A DNA stretch of 64,000 nucleotides from Lama guanicoe (GCA_013239625.1 MU053504.1:808001-872000); one strand, 5' to 3'. Counted from the first letter of the stretch, positions 48,715 to 60,569 are shown. Numbers and translations: made by a program. The notes: generated by a model not told the origin, from the sequence alone.

Positions 48715-49505
48715 TCACTCAGTCAGCAGCTGGGTGTGGAGCCCCTGCTCTGGGCAGGCACAGCCCCAGGTGCTGGAGAGCAAACACAGAGACCTGCGTG
48801 GAGCTCAAATGGAGACGGGGAAGCCACGGCAACCAAAGAGTATACTATATTTATATGCTATCAAGACAAAGTGGGTTGGGGGTTAAGAAATGAGAGGACA
48901 CTTTTAGAAAGAGTGGTCAGGACAGGCTTCTCTCAGGAGGGGACATCTGAGCAGAGACACAAAGGAAGAGACAGTGTTGGAGCAAGTCAACTGGGGAGAG
49001 AAGTTTCTGGGCACAGGGAGCAGTAAGTGCAAAGGCCCTGAGGCGGGTGCCTGCTCAACGTATTCTTGGAATATGAAGAAGATGAGTATGGCCGGAGTGG
49101 AGTGAGCCAGGGGAGAAGGGGTAGGCAAGGTCAGAGAGGGGGTAGTGGGCAAGATCACAAGCAGCCTTATAAGCCACATTGAGAACTTTGGGGTTTATTC
49201 CAAGAGATGAGACACAAGGATATTGGAGGTTTTGACTGAAGGAGGGATTAGACGAGAAGTCCAATGAGGAGACAGGAAACCAGTGAGGAGGTGGGTGCAC
49301 TAGTCCTGGTGAGAGATGGAGGTGGGAGGGACCAGAGGGTGGTAGAGGTGGTAAGCAGTGGTCAGATTCCAGGTCTATTTTGAAGGTAGAACCAAGAGGA
49401 TTGGCTGGCAGGACCGTGAAGGGGAGGCAGAGAAAGAGAGGGCTCAAGGAAGACATGAAGGTATTTTGCCTGAGCATCTGCCTGAGCGGAACCTGAGCGG
49501 AACTG
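48715..49505 (-). mobile_element. LINE-2 fragment
   Basis: aagtgcaaaggccctgaggc and tattttgaaggtagaaccaagaggatt are L2 signatures. Confidence 0.8.
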
Positions 49506-50667
49506 AGGTGGAGAAGACCGGACAGAGGCAGATACCAAACATGGTTCTCACTGCTGTTTGCGCTCTCGCTGGCTCTGTCTCTTTCTCCCTCCCTCACTCC
49601 CCTTTTATCCATTAATCCTGCCCTCAACCTATTTCCAGATGAGAAAACTGAGGCTGAGACCCCGCTAAGATCACACAGCTAGCGAGGGACAGAACCTGGA
49701 GTCGAAATCACATCTCTCAGCCACTCAACGGTATTGTCCCATCACAGCTGGAAAGAGTTGGACTCATCTGCTCAGTCATTATTTCACTCAGTAGATATTT
49801 TCATGCCTGCAACACATCAGCAGACCCCATCCTCAGCACCACAGAAGGGTCTGGCAGTCAAAAAGCCCCTGGGTGGTGATGGAGACCTAGTGGGGCCTCC
49901 AGGCTCACAGCAAAAGAGAAGTCAGAACATGCCAAGGTTTGGAGGTTAGGGGAATGAGAACTCTTGGATTCAAAGCCTAACTCTGCGACTCACAAGCTGC
50001 GTGCTTTCACACAAGCCCCTTACACTCGCTGTGTCTCATTCTTCTCATCTATGAAATGGGGATAAGAATTATGTCCACATAAGAGAATCAGAGTGTGGAA
50101 CATGAGAGAACCCGCTGGAATCCTTCAAGCCTACAGTAAGCAGTTCTACATTTAAGCTATGATTAGTGTTATCACAGGGCAGAGTCAGCACTTGACCTCA
50201 GGTCCCCCAGTGCAAGCTGAGGCAATCAACTCTGTCCTGATGCCACCCTTGCATCGCCACCCTGCAGGGGACCCCCACCCAGAGGTGTCGAGGGAGGCTG
50301 GGCTCTACACAGCTGGGTTCAGCTCCAGACAGAGCCAGATCCCCAGAGCCTGAGAACAGTGTTTAGGGCCTGACAGCGCGGTCCCACCCCTGATGAGCTC
50401 AGGCGAGCTGCCTGCCTGCCTGCCAAGTTGCTTAGTCACTGACTTCCCCTGGAAAGCACTGATTACAGTGTGGCTCCCCAGGCCCTGGTTCTGTGACCTG
50501 TCACAGCCCCTCAGCTTTGGGGCACTAGCTGCAGCCTCTGAACCACTGCTCCTGCCCCCTCTGCTTTCTCCTGGGTGGGGAGGACAGAAAACAAAAAGAT
50601 AGTCAGACTACAGGCTGGCCAACCCCAAGTTGAGACTGGGCGCACGAAACAATCCCAGCAGTCTATT

Positions 50668-50852
50668 CAGGGCTTCTCAAAGTGTGGTCCCCGGACCAGC
50701 ATCACCAACCTTACCTGGGGTTTTCTTAGAAATGCAAATTCTCAGATCTTACCCAAGATCTACTGAATCTGAAAATCTGGGGGTGGAGCCCTGGGATCTG
50801 TGTTTTAACACTCCGTCCAGGTGATGGTATCTGCTCAGCTGGAGAACCACAG
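50668..50852 (+). mobile_element. MER5A, near full length
   Basis: Terminal inverted repeats cagggcttctcaaa / ggagaaccacag; internal ttagaaatgcaaattctcag and tactgaatctgaaaatctgggggtgg. Confidence 0.9.
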
Positions 50853-53211
50853 CTCTGATCTCTGGGCAGCTGTGGTGGGGAGGTGGAGGCTGTGGAGAGG
50901 TGATTTTAAAGCAGGCTGCATGGAGGTGCAGCCCCAGAGAAACCTGTCTTCAAATCCAGGCTCTGCCGATGTCTTACTGTGTGATCTTGGGCAGGTCACT
51001 TCTGAAATTAAAAACATATTTATTAATAACCTACTGTTTACTGTTAAGGCCCTGGGCCTGCAACAGCCAACATCTTTTCCCAGATTAACTCATTGAACCT
51101 TTACAAGGACCTTCCAGGTCTGGTTCTAGCTATCCCTGAATCTGGTCAAGCGAGACACAGATGGGCAGAGGAACTTGCCCCATGGCTGGCCTGAGAGCAG
51201 CACTGGGGTTGGAGCCAGAGGATGTCAGGGCCAGGCACTGGGCCATGAGGCTAGGCCGGCCTGTAGCTAGTTAAGGAGATGGACAAAATGCAGCGAAGAC
51301 ACACAGCCCAGCAGGTCGGGATGCACAGGATGAAGATGAGAGAAAGCAGGGAAGGAGACTGAGCGCACTGGAGTGGGGTGAGGTGACGACTTTAACCAGG
51401 AGGTCTGGCAAGGTGACCTGTGAGCAGAGACCCCTCTAAGGCAGCTTAGAGGAATTACTAGTACCCCTCCTGGGTGTGGTACAAATACGGCACAAAACAC
51501 GCTTATAAAGCACAGTCAATGCAGAGCAAATGCAAACTGCTATTATCTGGAGAACTGAGTTTGAATCCGAACTGGCTCAGCCACTCACCAGCTGTGTGTC
51601 CCGTGTCCCGGGGAAGTCAGCTCATCCCTCTGAACATCAGTTTCTGGAGCTATGCAATGGCTGCATGAGCCCTGCAGGTGACCCACCTGCGGGTCAGGGA
51701 CCGGGGCAGGGCACAGTGAGGACCACCCTCCTCCGGCCCCCACCCGCTTCTCTCCAGCCCGGCAGCAGCTCCTCTCCTGGCCCGCGGGTTCCCTGGTCCA
51801 GGCTGCCCAGGAGTCCTTGCTGTTTTTATTTTTATTGTTTGGCTCCACAGCTGAGGCCTCCAACTCCAAATGGTTCCTCTTGCCCAGAAAAATAGGTCGT
51901 TGGCAGCTCCGGCCTCCTGACAGGCCCCACACAAAGGCGGCTGGCGGGCCTGCCTGCTGACGCCAGCCCAGCCCTGGTGACGGGAAGTGAGGAGCCGAGA
52001 GGGCTGGGCTGGCGCCCGCAGAGCTGCGTCCCTGCAGGTCCCGGCATGCCCTGGCAGGGTGACCCTGGTCCAGTCGCCTTCTGTCCTTAGGTTTATTTTC
52101 TCACTTCTGGGGACACAGTGGAGTTACTGAGGCTTGGACGAGATGATCCCTGGAGAGGGGCCTGGGACAACCAGGGACGCCATCTCCCCACCTGTGGCGG
52201 CAAACTCTAGATGTGCTCCCACCACGGTTGCTTTCACATCTGTGCCACCACCGACCCCCTGATCAGGGTAGACCTTGTTATTCCCATTCCACAGGTGAAG
52301 AGACTGAGGCTCATAAAAAATATTTTTTTCCCCAAGTCACGTAAGTCAAATCGGCTCTCTTGGCTTCAAGGCCCTAATCCTCCCAGCCTCGCACTCACTC
52401 AAGTCTTCTTTCCAGCCAAGACTCTGGACAACAGGGGAGGGATGAGGCCTGACTTCTTTCAAAGGGTCCCTCTGGCTGCTGAGTGGAGAATAGACAAAGC
52501 TGGGAAGAGCGTGCCCAGGTGGGAGATGGTGGAGGCTCAGACCCAGGCAGGGGAGGGGCTGTGGAGTGCTTTGGTTCTGGATGTGGAGGGACGGTCCAGC
52601 TGGGGAATGTGCTGACAGGTTACACCAGGGAGTAACAAAGATTCGAGGACCAATGCCTGGATGGAGCCGCCCCTCCATCAGCCCTGGGCCCCTTCCCTGC
52701 TTTATTTACCCCGTAGCCTATTCCCATCCCATGACAGACTATTCTACATACTGACTTAGTTTGCCTTCACTAGAATGTCAGTTCCCTGGGGCAGCGTTTT
52801 TGTCTGTTTTTTCCGACTGCTGCATCACCAGTGCCCAGCACACAGCAGATGCACAAGTGCATGAATGGCTGGGATAGGTATGGAGGCTTTGATATGAGTC
52901 CAGGGCAGCCCAGGATGCCGCCTATGGAGGTGGTTGATTCACCTCAGTTACCTGCCATAATCTGCCTGTGTGACCTCAGGCAAATTGTCCCCCAACCTCA
53001 GCATAACCAGCTGCCCATTGGTCTCAATGACCTCCCAAGTCAGCCAAGCATGACTTTTATGTGGACACTGGGTCAGGAGAACAAGGCCCACGGCCCCATC
53101 CTGGGGTGGAGGTGAGGGTGTTGGGAAGCCTGGCTGGCCGAAAGTGCTATATATAAATAGCTGGTTCCATTATTATCCTCCCCTAATCCGCAGTTTCCTA
53201 ATCCCAGGCAG

Positions 53212-53214
<3 letters not shown>

Positions 53215-53250
<36 letters not shown>
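53215..53250. repeat. (TG)n microsatellite, ~18 units, ~1.9 kb upstream of SIRPA exon 1
   Basis: Uninterrupted TG run. Confidence 0.95.
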
Positions 53251-53253
<3 letters not shown>

Positions 53254-55109
53254 CTCCGTCCATCCTGGGGAACGGTGAATGGCCCAGCCTTCTGGAAGCC
53301 CAGGCCAGGAGGCCGCCTCATCTCTGACCTTCAGCAGCAACCACAGCCCCTACTCCCACCCCAGATGTATTCGGGAGATGGGTTTTCCTAGGAACCCCTG
53401 GTCACCTTCATGGTCTCAGCTAGATGTGGCCTGAACAGTGGGAGACTCCTTACCCTCACCTCAGACACTAGGAGGACCCTGGTACAACCTCCTCAGCGGT
53501 GCCCCAATTTCACGCTCCCCTCCCTCCCGTCCACTCTCCACTCACAGCAGTGTGGCCTTTTAAGCACATAAATTAGACCACGGCGCTCCCCTGCTTAACA
53601 CCCTCCAATTATTTCTTTGCTGTAGAATGAATGTGGGCGCTTTCCCAAGGTCTGCAAGGCCACCCAGCTGGACCACTCTTCACTGGTTCCCCTCCAGCCA
53701 AGCTGGCCCCTGGGCCTTTGTATGTGCTGTCCCCTCCTCCTAGAACAGCAAATCCCCAAATTCTCACCTTGATTCAGCTCCCAGCTTCTTGGGAGGCCTT
53801 CCCCTTATCTAAATGAAGGCACCCTTTTTGCTCTGTAAGCTCGACCTGCTTGTTCATTAATTACTGCTGCTTGGCTATTTACCTGTCTCCTCATTAGAAT
53901 ATAAATTCCTTGCGGACAGGGACATTGTGTGGGTCACTGCTATATCTCCCGAACCCGAAGAAAAGAAAATCCTCTTGTATTCAAATACAGCCCAGAACCC
54001 TTTGGGTTCCCAAGGACTGCTGTCAAAGATTTGACTCATTTATCAAATGTCTGTGGCTCTTGGTACATGCTAGGTGCTTTTCAAAGTGTTGTACAAATAT
54101 TAATTCATCTAATCCTCACCCCAGGCTTTTTAGGTTGACACTCCAGTTAGTCTCATTTCAGATGAGTAAACTGAAGCACAAAAATGAGGAGGTATTTTCT
54201 AAAGTCTACACAGCTCACAAGAAGTGGCTGGCAGGATTCAAACCTGGAGTCAGGTCCATGGTGGCACCCTGCCTGCCTCCTTGCACAATACCAGCACCAG
54301 GCATGTGACAGGGAGGCTGAGATAGGGTGGGGTAGGGGTCACTTTGCAAAGATCTTTAGCCTGGGAACCAGGAATTAAAATCCTGTTTCTACTCCAGGCC
54401 TTGCTGTGTGGCCTTAGGCAAGCTCACTCTTTCTCTGGGCCTCAGTTCCTGTTGGATTTATAGAACCGGCCCTTCTCCCACCTTGCTTCTTTCATATGTC
54501 TTGATGGGTTTTTAAAGCCAAATTGGTCATTGCTTATTCCCAATTAGCAGAGGGTCTTGGACTCCTTTCCCTCCCACAGGCTGGAGGCTACTTTGGGCCT
54601 CTGACCAGAGCATTCCCACCCCCTACGCCTGATCTGGCTGCTGTTGGGAACACAGCCTTCCCTCTAGAAGAAGAGAGACTGAGGCTCTGTCCTGCCTCCA
54701 GGCCCCTTGTCCTTGCTCTCCTCCCAACCCCTCACCTTCCTCACCGCCTGTCATCTTCCTGAAGCCCAGGCAGGCAAGATCCCCCTGGCCCCACACCCCA
54801 GCCTGGGCCTTCCCCACCTCTGAATCAGCCATCCTTGACAGAGAGGCACTTGGCCAAAAAAGAGAAAGAGAGAGCGAGAGCGCCCACCTCCCCAGGGAGG
54901 CCCAGACCCTTCCCCTCCGGTTTCCTGGCCACAGCCCCCCTCGTCGCTCCCTCTCCTCCCTGCGCCTCTTTTCCAGGCGGTACTGAAGTCCTTCCTACAC
55001 ACACGCTATTTTTGTACCATCACTCTCTCCTTCCTCTCCCCTTCCCCCTACATTCATTTACTTCCTGCTTTTCCTTTACCTCGGCCCAGCTCTGAGATAA
55101 TCGGCCCCC

Positions 55110-55445
55110 CTGGCCCTCACCCACCCCAGAGGGGCCTTCAGCTTTGGGGAACAGGGGCAGGGCCGCTGGGGAGGGGCGAAAGGCACACAGCCTCCCTCCT
55201 CCACTTCCCCCTCATTCGCTGCCTCCAGCCTCCCGCGGCGGAAAGCGGGGACTGGCCGCGGCCAGAGTCCGGAGGCCGGGGGAGGCCGGCCGCAACTTCC
55301 CCAGTCCACCTTAAGAGGACGATGTAGCCAGCTCGCGGCGCCGACCTTAGAAAAACAAGTTTGCGCAAAGTGGAGCGAGGGGCCCGGCCTCTGGGCAGCC
55401 CCCGGCGGCGCTTCCACCGTCTCGCAGCCCTCGCAGGCGGCGCAG
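55110..55445 (+). other. SIRPA: Probable non-coding 5' UTR exon of SIRPA, spliced 55445 to 56291; start approximate
   Basis: Ends in GCAG|GTCCGA. Joining it to the acceptor at 56290/56291 gives ...GGCGGCGCAG-CCGCGGCCCATGG. This junction and the block CCACCTTAAGAGGACGATGTAGCCAGCTCGC...TTAGAAAAACAAGTTTGCGCAAAGTGGAGCG match my recollection of the human SIRPA mRNA leader (not verified by alignment). Confidence 0.75.
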
Positions 55446-56480
55446 GTCCGAGCCCGGCCGGCCGAGGGAGGGAGAGAGCGGGGGGCGGCGGTTCGGGGCG
55501 GGGGGCAGCCGCGCGGGCTTCTGAACTGGCACATTGTTGGAGCCGAGGCTCGTCCAGTCCCGAGCCGAGCGGGGCGCCGGCGGCGGGGGCCGCAGCCAGG
55601 GCCCGGCCGCGGGTGCCAGGGGTGCCGGGGCCCGGCGCGCCGCCCTCGCTCCCTCCCTCCCCTGGGCGCGCAGCCGGCAGGCGCTCCGCGGAGGTGCCGG
55701 CGGGGCCCGAGCCCCGCAGCCTCCCGCGCGGCGGGAAGGAGGAGGGGGAAGGGAAGGAGGGCGCGAGCAGCGACCCGGACTGCGGGCCGGAGGAGGCGAT
55801 CCGCGGCGCCGCGAGGAGCCCGGGCGGGGCAGGTGGGCAGCGGCGGGGGCGGCCCGGCGCCGCTGCCCCTCGCCCTGCCCTCGCGGTCCTCCCCTCTCCC
55901 GCGCTGTCTGTCTCGATCTGCGCGCCGCCTCGCTCACTCCGCGCTCTTTCTCTCTCTCTCTCGCTTTCCCCTTCTCTCGCCTCTCTGTGTCTCTGGCTCT
56001 CTGCCTGGCTCCCTTGGGTCTGTTTCCCTCTCCCGCCGCCTCTCTCGGGCCGTCCCTGGCTTCGTTTCTCGCGCGCTTGGGGTCTCTCCCCCTCTCCCCC
56101 TCTCGATCTCTCTGGAGGGGGGAGGGGTTCCTCCGAAAATCGCGGCGCTGACGGCGCCTCCTAAGCAGCTCCGGGCGCCCGTTCCGGGGATGGGGGGAAG
56201 CCCGGCCGGGAGGGGAGGTGGGGGGAGAGGGGGGAGCCTTAGTCATTTCCCCGCTCCAGCCAGCGGCCGCTCTCCCTGCTCCCTCCGCAGCCGCGGCCCA
56301 TGGAGCCCGCCCGCCCGGCCCCCGGCCGCCTCGGGCCGCTGCTCTGCCTGCTGCTCGCAGCGTCCAGCGCCTGGACAGGTAAGCACCCCTACCCCTCACC
56401 GCTGCTGTTCCCAGATTGCGGGCTCAGGCCTCTCAGACCGCCCCTGGGAGCTACTCGGCTAATGTCCAGCCGTAACCAGG
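55150..56480. promoter_or_regulatory. SIRPA: CpG island / SIRPA promoter
   Basis: Very GC-rich with dense CpG and GC boxes (GGGGCGGGG near 55495-55505). C/EBP palindrome TTGCGCAA at 55361-55368. ETS/PU.1-type motifs at ~55060 and ~55201. Spans the first exons. Confidence 0.9.
56300..56378 (+). CDS. SIRPA: SIRPA first coding exon (signal peptide MEPARPAPGRLGPLLCLLLAASSAWT + first base of Gly); rest of gene lies beyond the window
   Basis: Translation closely matches the mammalian SIRP-alpha leader as I recall it (human MEPAGPAPGRLGPLLCLLLAASCAWSG). The 79-nt coding part ends in the consensus donor ACAG|GTAAGC (phase 1, typical before an Ig exon). A pyrimidine-rich acceptor ctccctgctccctccgcag ends at 56290. 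Lies in a CpG island. Confidence 0.95.
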
Positions 56481-56570
56481 GTTACAGATGCGGAAACTGA
56501 GGCCCAGAGAGGGTCAGCGACTTGCCCAAGGTCACACAGCCAAGGATGGAAGACTGAACCCAGTCTTTCT
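56480..56570 (-). mobile_element. MIR core ~100 nt into the SIRPA intron
   Basis: ttacagatgcggaaactgaggcccagagagggtcagcgacttgcccaaggtcacacagc. Confidence 0.85.
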
Positions 56571-59500
56571 CGAGTCGGACTGTGCGGCACTGCGCTGGGC
56601 ACTGCGATGTACCCAGATGAGTTGGTTCGCCAGTCCCTGCCCAATCTGATGGGGGAGGCAGGCTGTCAACGGCTTTCAGAGCAGGGCGCCCCTGGCTTCT
56701 CTAGAAGCTCTCTCCCTAGACGTATGTTTTCCATATGTTTGACTTCAGGGTCTGAGAGAAGGGAGCAGAGGTCCTTCCAGTACTGTCTGGGAAGGAACAG
56801 AAGCCGGCTGTTGCAATTAGGGAAGAGTGAGCTCTCCCTCTTGTGTGCAGAGTAAAACAGTGTTGGTCTAGGGGAGGGAGAGGCAGGGAGGCCGCGGTAA
56901 CCCTGGGGTGAGCTGCTGCGATCAACAGATCCTGATGTGAAAACACACGGCGGACTGTCCCCCAGCTTGCCCAAGCCTTTCATCAGATGGTCGTGCCCCC
57001 TGCTTGCTCTGACCCCCTCCTCCTTCCTCCTGCCTTCCCCAGGCTTCCCAGCAGCTCCCTGCAGTTCAGGTGCTCTGAGGGGCTGTTACCTGTGGCTCTG
57101 AGCATGTCTTTTTGTTGGCCTACATCAAACACCTGGCTGTCTCCAGCAGGCGGGCTCTGAAGGCTACCGTGTGTTCGCCAAGGGGTGAGGTCACTATTCA
57201 GGAGCCCTGCTTCTTAAAGGGATTTTGCAGAATCCCGAGTCTCCTGGGAGGGTGTGGGGGGTTAAAGGACTTGGTGGCAGGGGAGAATGGGGATCTTGTT
57301 TGTTGGCTCCTTGAAGCTGTGTTGTCGGCAGAGGGGTCTCTGCACCTCCCTCCCTTGAGGAGCGAGGTAAAGATGAGCTCGGTATCCACCTCCCCCCCTC
57401 CCTCTGCATTTGCCTAGAGACTGGTAACCATCTGATAGCAGTGAGAAAGGGAGAACTAGCAAAGAGTGGGTGGAGGGAGAAGTGGGGGTGGACAGCAGCT
57501 TCTCTCTGCCCCGCAGTTTCCCGTGAACCCCCGGAATCTACACAGGCACTCCCCCACCCCACCCCTGGGTCTTTCAGTTACAGTTGGGTCCTTGCTGGGC
57601 AAGAGGAAGCACTGATAGATTTCATTGTCTCTCTGGTGAGTCAGTGGCATCTCTAATCTACTCCTTCCTGCCTGAGCCAGCCAGTACACCCAGCAAAAGT
57701 CCCAGTCCCTGCTCTGCGCTGCCGTCCTTCCTGGCCTGGATATGCACGAGGGGCTCTCACAAGTGTTTAATTTTCCTGGAGCAGGGAACTGGGCCCAAGT
57801 TAATTTCTAAATGTCTATTCCAGACCTCTCTCCAACCAGAACCCTGTGCTTCCGTCCCTGGCAAATGAAGGGTGACGCTGATTAACGAGTGTTCAGATGG
57901 GCAGCTGCCTTTCCCACGGCTGCCCAGGAGCACCAACACCCATTTCGTGAGCAAATTCTCCCCCTTTTGCCTATAAAAACAATCTATAAAATGGTAAAGA
58001 TTAGGCTGTAAAACTTCCGTTCCAATCCATTCAGCATCAATAGCCTGAAAAAGTGGGAGCAGCAGAGAGGCCAAGATTAACTTTGAAATAAATAAATCTT
58101 AGGAGGTAAGAATAAATTTCTTGGTTAAGAGTGGTGGGGAAGGGGTGTCACCGCCAGAGCTCAGGGCTCCCAGCATCCTTCACTCTGTCCTATGGGGTCC
58201 TGGTCACTCTCGGCCCTGGCATGGAATTCACCTGGTTTGATTGAAGGATGGGGCTTCAGGCCTTTCTCTTATGGCTCCGGGCATGGAATTTATGACAAAG
58301 CAGGAGAGAGGCAGGACAGGAGGCAGGAAGGTGGAAGAAGGAGGTTGTCCAGTTTTCTAAGAAAATAGATTTGTTTGAGTGAGAAACTCAAATGTCAGGC
58401 TTAGGAAGGCAGCTTTGGATTGAGTGACTGCTAGTGTCTCAGGCAGAACTGTCAGCCTGGGAGGTGTCACATGATTGCTATGGTTTCACATGATCCCTGT
58501 TTGGAGGGGGCTGGTCATGTGAATTATCTTGATGGGGGCAGGCAGGGAAAGAAGTTTCTAAAGATTGCCTTCAGCACAAATGCTGCCAAAGGGAAATTCT
58601 AAAAAGATGCGGGTGAAGTCACCAACCTGTGTTCTTGGAGCCATCATAGGCCTGTTTCCTGAAACAACTTCTCCTTGGGAGATTCTGAGGCTGGGAGAAG
58701 GGCAGGGGCCAGGGGTTGGGGACACCTGGGCAGCCAGATTCTGCAGTAGCAGCAGAGACTGACACCGAACCTGCCGGCGCCTCATGTGACCCCCCCCAGG
58801 ACCTTTGGGGCCCCTAATGGGCAGACTTCAGCTAAACTTCCATTCACTCCTCGCTGTGACCTGGAAAAGGCCAGGCCAAGCTGGGGTTCGGGCTTTGGGG
58901 GATAACTGCGTCCTCTAGTGAAACTGACCCTTGGGTAGAGGGTAGCATACTGGTGACTCCTCTGTGCTTTCCTAAGTTCGTCTCACTTCCTCTTTCATGA
59001 GAAGAGCAAGGCAGGGGTACTTGGGTCCTAAAGGGCTCAGTCTGTGAAAGGTCCTTTAAGGCCTCGGTGTTCTCTGGGTACATTCTGGCCATTCATTATT
59101 CCTCTACCAACCCCGGGGAGACGCGTGATGTGATTATTCCTTTACTTGCCATCATTCGGCACGTATGAAGTCCTGATGGGAACCATATGTGAGAGAAGGG
59201 AGGAGAAACCGAAGTTCCTTGAATGTTAACCGTATTCCAGGCCATGTGCTGAGCACTTGATCTGCGTAATCTCATCCATCAGCAAAGTAAAGCATGAATT
59301 GACTGTTATCCCCATTTTGCAGAGGAGGCAAATAGAGCCCAGAACTGGAGAAGTAACTTGTCCAAGGAGTGAGTGGTAGGGAGCCTGGGTTTTTAGTCTT
59401 GGCCTCATGGCCTCGTGGCTGAGGAAGTTCAATGATTTCATCAGGGTGACTTAGTCCAAGCTGGAGGGAGCAAGAGGGGCCCCTGCCCAGCTCAGAGGGA

Positions 59501-60569
59501 GGTTTGTGGAAGGGTTTCTTCTGGGACAGAAGTTTTTCACTGAGTCACAGTCATTTCTCTGAAAGTGCCCTGAGGATGGAAACACTGACACCCCATAGGC
59601 CCTCCTAAACGACAGCTCATGGGAGCAAGGTGGGTCCCGTCAGAGCCCCCTATCTGGGCTGCCGAGCTCTGGAGCCCCCAGAGCTGGAATCTTCCTGCAT
59701 CTTCCTGGTGCCCTTTGCGACAGATGGAGAGGGGGTGTGTGAGAGGAAGGCAGTCTAAAACTGTTGTGTGGATCCCACACGCACTCGCTCGCTGCTCCCA
59801 GTGGCTCTGCACGACAGATTATTTTCTTATTTGTAGTCCTTGGCTGATGAAAGGTACCCCCCTCCCCCGCCTCTTTTTAATGCACTCAGATATCTGGTCT
59901 GTCAACACAGTTCTGATCATGTCACTCCCCTGCTCAAAACTGTTGAGTGGGTCCAAGTTTTCTTTAAAAAAAAAGAAAAACAAACCTGCAACAGGGCCTG
60001 CGCTCCCTCCCTGACAGACCCTGTTTCTCAGCCACGTGTTTTCCAAGCAGCTGACCTGTTGAAATGCTGCAGGATAACCAGGCTTCCTCCCTGCAGCCAG
60101 AGCTTTCCCGGCAGCTTAAGGACATTGGCACCTAAGAGATTCTAGAAGTCCTGCAGTCGTAGAAGCTCCAGCTGGACCCTGTTTGCTCCATGGTTCCCCA
60201 AACATATGAGTAGGAGGCATTTGGTTTGTTTAGCGCCCATTAACACGCAAGCTAACCCAGTTTGGTAAATGCTTTTGTACAAATCCACGCCCTCAGCTGA
60301 ACTTTCTTATCTCTGTGCCTTCGCTCATGCTGTTCCTGCCACCAGAGATGCCATTCCCTGTACCTCCCTGTCTTCATATGTCTGAATCCTACTCAGCTTT
60401 CCATTTGTGCTATCTCGTGTTCCATGGGATTGCTTCCTCCTCTGAACTGTCACCCCAGGATTTATCTGAGGCTCCTTGTCGCTTTCCCCTTGTTTTATCA
60501 CATATGAGTGCATGTTTAACTCTGGTTCAAATAGTGCTTCTGCAATGTAGCCTCTCCAGGTAGAGATGC

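Noticed and set aside
49832..49850. REST/NRSE-like TCAGCACCAC
   Set aside because: Only the left half-site matches; the GGACAG half is absent.
55347..56399. Long overlapping ORFs across the CpG island (350 aa minus; 267, 205 and 209 aa plus)
   Set aside because: Arg/Gly/Pro/Ala-rich low-complexity translations with non-ATG starts, expected from stop-codon depletion in very GC-rich DNA; no recognisable domain.
56379..56500. C-terminal 40 aa of the 66-aa ORF starting at 56300
   Set aside because: Read-through past the GTAAGC donor into intron; not part of SIRP-alpha.
58110..58560. Possible LTR remnant in the SIRPA intron
   Set aside because: LTR-like in texture, but I could not assign a family or termini.
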